Shown here piece by piece: positions 57,810-64,000 of a stretch of 64,000 nt of DNA. Below the pieces are notes generated by a model, which saw nothing but the letters and a program-made list of their open reading frames with translations, was not told the DNA's origin and made no database searches. The DNA is from Alkalispirochaeta sp. (lineage in GTDB: Bacteria; Spirochaetota; Spirochaetia; DSM-27196; Alkalispirochaetaceae): the NCBI GenBank assembly GCA_965601925.1, contig OZ271854.1:4576001-4640000 (forward strand), given 5' to 3'. The translations under genes were made by a program, and so were the position numbers. Numbering within the stretch: position 1 is the stretch's first letter; every line of letters begins with the position of its first letter.

Positions 57810-59476
57810 TCGTTGCTCTCGCGATATCGATCGTAGGCGACCTGGTATATCCGCATGAGCTCATCGAGGCCCATGCGGTTGAGATCGTGGATATAGCGGT
57901 CCCACTCGGTCTCCACGTCGCGGCTTCCGACGATGAACTCCGCCGTCGCTTGGAGCACGAATCGGTCGATCGTCGTCTCGATGTCGGTTACCAGCTCCGC
58001 CTCCTCCGTTGTGAATTGGATCGGGGGCAGAATCATGGCGATGTCCGGCCGATACGGCGCCAGTTTGTCCCGCGTCTCCTCAAAGAGCACCGTCTCTATA
58101 TCGTGGGGATCCTCACTGCGGACCCGTCCCAGACGAAACGGTGCGTCGCGGAAGGTCGCCGGGGTGCTGCCCCACCCGTTGCGATTCAAGCTGCCGCCGG
58201 CGTCGGGCTGCGGGATCTGCGCCCACACAGCGCTCTCGCCGTTGATTCCCACCTCGTCGGGCTCGGCCCACCGCCAGTGCAGGCCCTCGTCGCCGTAGAA
58301 GGCACGGAGCGTCGTCTCATATGTCGTGTCCCAAAAGGCGTCGGCCCATCGAAAGGCGACCTCGGGGTTACGTGCCGAACTGGTAATCATGAAGCGCCCG
58401 GGCTGGACGCCGGCGTAGGGGTTCCAACTCGCGTACCGTTGACCCGAGGGACCTTGAAGGGCGGGGACGACGACGTAGTCGCGGTAGTATCCGCTCTCGC
58501 TCAAGTAGCGCGCCGGATTCTCGAGCCCGGGCGCGGCTCCCAGAACCTGTACCTCCGACTCGGCGAGTTGCGTCAGCTGCTGGCGATCCATGATAAAGCT
58601 CTCGGGATCGAGAAGGCGGTCGACGTAGAGGCGTCGAATGAAACGGAGCCCCTCACGCCACCCCTCCTGGGAGTACGAGGCGACGATACGACCACCGTCG
58701 ACCCATACCATGCCCGACTGGTTGTTGAACCCCGACGGCACGTAGACGAACGGGTTCATCAGTACCGCTACGACGCTATTGACGCTGTTGAGATAGTCGT
58801 GGTGCGCCTGCGCCGCCGAAAACGGCACCTCGTCGGCGACGCCGTTTCCGTTGGGGTCGCGCTCCTTGAACGCCACGAGGGTCCGGTAGAGCTCTTCGGT
58901 CGTCTCGGGCATGGGAAGACCGAGGGTGCGCAACCACTCCTCGTTGATCCACAGCTTGTTTCCCATCGAACAGTGGTAGCATTGGTTGAACATCGGAATC
59001 GAATAGATGTTCCCGTCCAGCGCCGTTATCTGCGACCGGATCGTCGGATAGCGCTCCATCCACCGCGGTATGTGGTACCCCAGCCGGTCGAGGTAGTCGT
59101 TGAGGGGCAAGAGCACCCCCTGGGAGCCGAGTTCGGCTATCTGGGCGGGCTGCAACCGCCACCCCACCAAGACCTCCGGCAGGTCACCCGAGGCGACGAT
59201 GATATTGAGCTTTTGCACGGAGTCACGGCGCGGTACCGGAGCAAACTGGGCGACGACGCCGGTACGTTCCTCCAGCCAGCGCGAAAATCGGTTGTCCTCG
59301 TAATCGGTGCCGGGATCGACGATCATGACCTCGAGAGCCACCGACTCGTTGACGATCGGATACTCGCCCGGGGGCGTTACGGCGACCCCGGCGTTCGATG
59401 TCTCCTCGCCCTGGGCCCCGGCGAGCAACCGTCCCGCGACGAGGATCGCGACGGCAAATACTACGGTACGCTTCAT
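57806..59476 (-). CDS. Carbohydrate ABC transporter substrate-binding protein
   Basis: Spirochaete-style LAGAQGE N-terminus, ASGDLPE, DGNIYSIP, WLRTLGLPMPET, DPNGNG.ADE. Confidence 0.93.
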   Translation of the reverse strand: MKRTVVFAVAILVAGRLLAGAQGEETSNAGVAVTPPGEYPIVNESVALEVMIVDPGTDYEDNRFSRWLEERTGVVAQFAPVPRRDSVQKLNIIVASGDLPEVLVGWRLQPAQIAELGSQGVLLPLNDYLDRLGYHIPRWMERYPTIRSQITALDGNIYSIPMFNQCYHCSMGNKLWINEEWLRTLGLPMPETTEELYRTLVAFKERDPNGNGVADEVPFSAAQAHHDYLNSVNSVVAVLMNPFVYVPSGFNNQSGMVWVDGGRIVASYSQEGWREGLRFIRRLYVDRLLDPESFIMDRQQLTQLAESEVQVLGAAPGLENPARYLSESGYYRDYVVVPALQGPSGQRYASWNPYAGVQPGRFMITSSARNPEVAFRWADAFWDTTYETTLRAFYGDEGLHWRWAEPDEVGINGESAVWAQIPQPDAGGSLNRNGWGSTPATFRDAPFRLGRVRSEDPHDIETVLFEETRDKLAPYRPDIAMILPPIQFTTEEAELVTDIETTIDRFVLQATAEFIVGSRDVETEWDRYIHDLNRMGLDELMRIYQVAYDRYRESNE

Positions 59477-59503
59477 ATCGACCTCCTTCGATATCGTGCG
59501 GCG

Positions 59504-60421
59504 CTACCCTTTGAGGGCGCCGATCATTACACCTTTGACGAAGTACTTCTGTACGAATGGGTAGATCACGAGCACCGGAACGCTCGCCACGACACTCAAG
59601 GAGTACTTCAAAAGGTCCGCCATGCCTTGGAGCCGCTCGAGTTCGAGTATGTCCCCCCCGACCGCCTCGATGGTTATCTCATTCCTGATCAGTATGTCCC
59701 GTAGAACGAGCTGGAGCGGGTAGAGCGCCCGGTCGCTCAGGTAGACGAGGGCCCAGAAGAACTGGTTCCAGTGCCACACTGCATAGTAGAGGGTGATGAC
59801 CGCCAACATCGGCTTGGAGAGGGGGAGCAGTATGGAGGAGAGGTAACGCATATCCCCCGCTCCGTCGATAACCGCGGAGTCGTAGAGCTCCCGCGGGAGC
59901 GAGTGGCGAAAATAGGTCCTGGCGATAATGACGTTGAAGGGCGTAAGGGCCTGGGTGATGAGGAGCGCCCATCGTGTGTTGTACAGACCGAGACGTCGCA
60001 CCAACAAAAAAGTGGGAATCAGCCCGCCGTTGAACATCATCGTAAAGACTAACAGAAAGGTGAAAAACCCCTTCCCGTAGAATCCCGGCTTGGCCAAAGG
60101 GTACGCCATCAAGACGGTCATCGCGACGTTGATCGCCGTCCCGGCGGTCATGTAGAAGAACGAGTTGGCGTATCCCGTCCAGATCGCCTCGTGGCGAAAG
60201 ACCGCTCTATATCCCGCCAACGAGAAGTCTACCGGGAGGAGCCGGACACGTCCGGAGACGACCGCCGCCGGGGAGCTGAAGGAAGCACTCACCACATAGA
60301 TGAGGGGATAGAGGAAGAGGACCAACAGCACCGCGAGTCCCAAACCGTTTGCGATGAGAAACAGGCGGTCGCCGACGGTTGCGCGCCGCGTCGGCCCAAA
60401 GGGCGACCCGATCCCTACCAT
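59504..60421 (-). CDS. Carbohydrate ABC transporter permease (LplC/MalG type)
   Basis: FNGGLIPTF, ELYDSAVIDGA, LPLSKP, WN.FF, YPFVQKYFVKG. ATG at 60421; ORF-track 61285 is an over-extension. Confidence 0.94.
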   Translation of the reverse strand: MVGIGSPFGPTRRATVGDRLFLIANGLGLAVLLVLFLYPLIYVVSASFSSPAAVVSGRVRLLPVDFSLAGYRAVFRHEAIWTGYANSFFYMTAGTAINVAMTVLMAYPLAKPGFYGKGFFTFLLVFTMMFNGGLIPTFLLVRRLGLYNTRWALLITQALTPFNVIIARTYFRHSLPRELYDSAVIDGAGDMRYLSSILLPLSKPMLAVITLYYAVWHWNQFFWALVYLSDRALYPLQLVLRDILIRNEITIEAVGGDILELERLQGMADLLKYSLSVVASVPVLVIYPFVQKYFVKGVMIGALKG

Positions 60422-61332
60422 AGGCTGTAGTCCGATACGCGCTTGGCGATCCGGTTGACGGTGACGATCAGAACGAGGCCGACGACGGAGCGGAAGAGGC
60501 CGATCGCCGTGGGAAAGCCGAAGTTGGTCGTCGGCGAGGCGATTCCCGTCTTGTAGACGAAGGTCTGGATGACCTCCGACGTCGCCAAGTTGAGGGGCGT
60601 CTGCATCAACAGCGCCTTCTCGAAACCGACATCCATAATGCGCCCCGTAGCCAGAATCAGAAGGATCACGGCGGTCGGGACGACCGACGGGAGGTCGATG
60701 TGCCGAATCCGTTGGCGTATGCCGGCACCGTCGATGATCGCCGCCTCGTGGAGCTCCTGCGGTACCCCGGAGAGGACCGCCAGATAGACGATCGACTGAA
60801 AACCGAGATTCTGCCACACGCCGCTCCACACGAACAGCGAGGGAAAGGCGGCGGCGCTTCCGAAAAAGATGATCGGCTCGATCCCGAGAACCAACAGGAG
60901 TTGATTGACCGGGCCGCGCAGGGAGAGAAGCTGAAAGAGCATTCCGACGATAATGACCGTCGAGATGAAGTAGGGGGCGTAGGTGACCATTTGCACGACC
61001 TTCTTGAAGCGCTTCCGTCGCACGACATTGAGACTCAACGCCAACAGGATCGGAAAGGGAAATCCCGCGACGAGTTGATAGACGCTGAGTCGCAACGTAT
61101 TGACCAGGAGATTCTCGAAGTAAAATGAACGGAAGAAGCGGGCAAAGTTCGCAAAACCGACCCACGGGCTCCCCCATACTCCGAGGGTCGGGTTGAACCG
61201 CCTGAAGGCGATCTGTGCACCGTATATCGGTATATAACGAAAAACTATCAAACAAAGCACCGGCGGTAGAATAAGGAGGTAGCATTCACGACTCCGTCGT
61301 ATGCGTCGCCGGACTGACCCTAAGTCGACCAT
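60415..61332 (-). CDS. Carbohydrate ABC transporter permease (LplB/MalF type)
   Basis: YIPIYGAQIAF, SPWVGFANF, PYFISTV, ELHEAAIIDGA, GFEKALLMQ, TAIGLF. Confidence 0.95.
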   Translation of the reverse strand: MVDLGSVRRRIRRSRECYLLILPPVLCLIVFRYIPIYGAQIAFRRFNPTLGVWGSPWVGFANFARFFRSFYFENLLVNTLRLSVYQLVAGFPFPILLALSLNVVRRKRFKKVVQMVTYAPYFISTVIIVGMLFQLLSLRGPVNQLLLVLGIEPIIFFGSAAAFPSLFVWSGVWQNLGFQSIVYLAVLSGVPQELHEAAIIDGAGIRQRIRHIDLPSVVPTAVILLILATGRIMDVGFEKALLMQTPLNLATSEVIQTFVYKTGIASPTTNFGFPTAIGLFRSVVGLVLIVTVNRIAKRVSDYSLW

Positions 61333-61521
61333 ACGATCAGGCTACGGCCCACCTCTCACATCTCGCAATGGACCATTTCCTTGCCACGGTGCACGTGTTG
61401 TGACGGGAATGTACATCTCGTGTCCGACTATGCATCGGTTGTGAAAGCGTCCCGGCAACGCCTCCTCGACGCACATCGTGGTATCATGACCGAGGCGCCG
61501 AAGGGGATAGCCGTACTGCAG

Positions 61522-63833
61522 ATGACGAGAGAGCATGGGCAACGAGTGACCGTATCTCGCCTCCTCACCGGGCCGAGTTCGCGTCTCTTTCTCCGCTTCT
61601 TCGCACCCTTTGCTCTCATCTCTGCATTGAGTCTTCTCTTCGGACTCATCACCTATCGACGCTCCTTGCAACTCATCGAAGCCGAGGTATCGCGCAACGC
61701 CTTGCACGTTCTCGACGAGGGCGTCCGCGTCGTAGACGCCTTGGTATCGCACGTCGGTACGATCGTCGATCACATCGCGACGAATCGGCACGTTGCCGAC
61801 CTACGCTTTCTTCCCGACCAATCGGCGGAGGAGGTGATCCCGTCGATCGTGGAGGCGCGCCATACGCTCTACAACTACCCCGTTACCAATGACTTCATCG
61901 AGGCGTACTTCGTCCTCTTGGAGAATGTCGCATACGTATTGAGCCCCGGACGCGTCTACACCTACGATTTTTTCTTCGATCACGTACTTCGCCTCGCCGA
62001 GCCGCCGCGGCCGGCGGTAGAAGCCCCCTTGAGGGCCGACGGCTTTTTGCCCTCGGCGCGCTACGCCGTCGCCGGTGGGACCAGAGATTTAATCCTGTTG
62101 ATACATAACGTCGGCGTGCCCGATCGTAGTCGCGCTACGATTCTCGTGACCCTCGACACCACCGCCATTTTGGAACTCTTTTCACCGATCGATACGGAGG
62201 TCGGCGAAGGTGTATTGATCTTTGACCGCGCCGGGGTACTTGTCGCCGGCAGTTCTGCGATCACTGAGATCCTCACCGCGGCGGAGCGACGAGATCTTTC
62301 CGGCGTCAACGGCGAGGGTGCGGTGCACATCGGCGAGCGCTCCTATCGTATCTTCTCGACCCGGTCGGTCGAGACCGGTTGGACCTTCCTCTCCCTTCAA
62401 CCCTTCGATGTAATCCCCGACAAGGTCGCCTACATCCGTACGATCGCGCTCCTATCCCTGACGGCCAATCTCGTCCTCGGGATGGTCATCGCCCTCCATT
62501 CGGCGTATTCCAACAGCCGCCCCCTCGCCGGCCTCTTGAGAGAGATGGAGGACGCCCTCGACGGGATACCGGGGGTACGTCATCGTCGCGTCCTCCGCGA
62601 TCCGATGCGCCGCATTGTGGAGGACTCCTCGGCGCTTCGACGCCGGCTGGAGATGCAGTCGCCGATCGTTCGTACCGCCTTTGTGCGTCGAGTGCTCTCG
62701 GGCGGCTTTGCTCCCGGAGAGGCGACGGAACCGTTCGTGTCGGATCTCTCGATCGACGCCGACGAGGCGTTCTTCGGCGTGCTGTGCGTACAGCCGGGCA
62801 CGGACGAGACGTCGAAATCGACGGCGCGTCGGGAGTGGCCCCTCTACCGTGCCGCGATCGAGGAGGTCGTCGGTGTTGCGTCGGCGGATACGTTCCGTCT
62901 CATCGACGTCCGCGAGTATGCGGTCAACGTCGTTGTGGGGTGTCGCGGCGGTCGGGACGAGACTCGCCGCACTCTGGAGAACGTCGCGCAAGATATACGC
63001 CTCGGCGTAAGCGGACCGGCACCGCCCTTCTCCATCGGTATCGGAGGCGTCTACCGCGGGCTGTGGGATGTCCACCGATCCTTTAGCGAGGCGCACGGGG
63101 CGGCGCGTCACGCCGCCTTTCACGGCGTCGCCGTGCAGCGCGCCGGGGGGCTGCCCACCTCGAGGCGTATCGAGTACTCGGTCCAACTCGAAGAGCAACT
63201 CATCACGTGCGCCTGCGCCGGAAAGATCGATCGCGTGCGTGAGCTTCTCCGTACGGTACGGGAACGAAACGTGATCTCTCGGGATCTCGGTCCGGAGCTG
63301 ACCTCACTCCTGATGCACGACCTCATGCGACGGCGCTCAAGGCGGAAGAGGCGGCAAAGCTCGACCCGCAGGACGGCTCCTCGGTCACCTGTGCCGACGG
63401 TCTCCTCTCCGGCGCCGGAGACGCCCAACACATCCATCGCTTCTTCGAACGGTTGGAGCACATCTTCGGCGATATCTGCGCACGAGTAGAGCTCCAGAAG
63501 CGAAGCCATAACCACCGCCTCGCCGAATCGATTCGTACGTACGTCGAGGAACACTTCACCGATCCGATGCTCTGTTTGGATGAGGTCGCCGACCGCTTTC
63601 ACGTATCGCGCTTTCATCTTTCTCAGTTTTATCGCGAGCAGACCGGAGAGCACTTCTCGAGTTGTGTCGAACGGCTCCGTACCGGACGGGCGAAGGAGCT
63701 CCTATCTCGTACCGAGCTCCCGGTCGGCGAGATCGTACGACGTACCGGGTACGGATCTCCCAACTCCTTCGCGCGCGCCTTCAAGCGCAATACGGGAACG
63801 ACGGCGACGGAATATCGCCGCATCAACCGATAA
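61522..63833 (+). pseudogene. Membrane-anchored AraC-family regulator interrupted by a single-base frameshift near 63327 (pseudogene or sequencing error)
   Basis: The frame of 61381-63489 carries the TM/Cache/central domains up to ...MHDLM. A -1 shift continues ATALKAEEAAK...FERLEHIFGD into the HTH of ORF 63453-63833 (DPMLCLDEVA...GYGSPNSFARAFKR..GTT). Confidence 0.82.
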
Positions 63834-64000
63834 CGGCGTACGAAGTGAACCTCTTTAGCGACGGAGCGCCTTACGGACCGCCGGGCGGAGGCCCGTACCC
63901 CCCGGGGGCGATGTCGATACGGGCGAGACGTCGTTGCGTTTCCTCGTACACGTCCGGAGGTAGCGGCCCTCTCCGAGTCGCCCGGAGGTTGCTGAGAAGG

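Noticed and set aside
57887..59704. 605-aa plus-strand ORF
   Set aside because: Antisense shadow of the carbohydrate SBP gene; no recognisable domain.
59504..61285. Apparent 593-aa permease with a long N-terminal extension
   Set aside because: The extension is an alternative frame of the upstream permease; the real start is about 60421. The same artefact affects the track starts at 42375, 54283, 31567, 51327 and 18510.
1..64000. CRISPR array, tRNA/rRNA, IS element, prophage or anti-phage defence genes
   Set aside because: No periodic repeats, cloverleaf-like segments, transposase/integrase motifs or defence domains were seen by eye. A covariance-model scan would be needed to exclude small ncRNAs in the intergenic gaps (e.g. 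23868-24210, 15400-15660).

Overview
High-GC (roughly 60-65% by eye) bacterial chromosome segment, most likely from a free-living spirochaete (Spirochaetaceae-like). This is inferred from the rny-ymdB-tlyA/GerMN/ptsI/der block, the MCP style and the 'AGAQGE'-type solute-binding protein N-terminus. 1-10.4 kb: housekeeping genes (exported hypothetical, a MerR fusion, der, ptsI, GerMN, tlyA, ymdB, rny, TetR). 10.6-13.5 kb: a cysteate synthase next to an alpha-oxoamine synthase of the cysteate-acyltransferase type, i.e. the first two steps of capnine/sulfonolipid synthesis known from Bacteroidetes. 15.6-63.8 kb: a large catabolic region. It holds a sulfatase, Na+-pumping oxaloacetate decarboxylase, GH42 and GH29 glycosidases, three membrane-anchored AraC regulators (one frameshifted), ABC transporters and TauE. 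It also holds an unusual hydroxy-acid enzyme set: tartrate/D-malate dehydrogenase, four enolase-superfamily enzymes, a LarA-family racemase/epimerase, a LeuCD-type hydratase, MmgE/PrpD, an atypical CapA-family hydrolase, a tandem pair of uncharacterised Zn-PLC-like paralogues and an operon-embedded chemoreceptor. Two sets of conserved upstream DNA motifs link distant operons of this region. No rRNA, tRNA, CRISPR array or transposase was seen. All functional calls come from motifs read by eye; no database searches were run.
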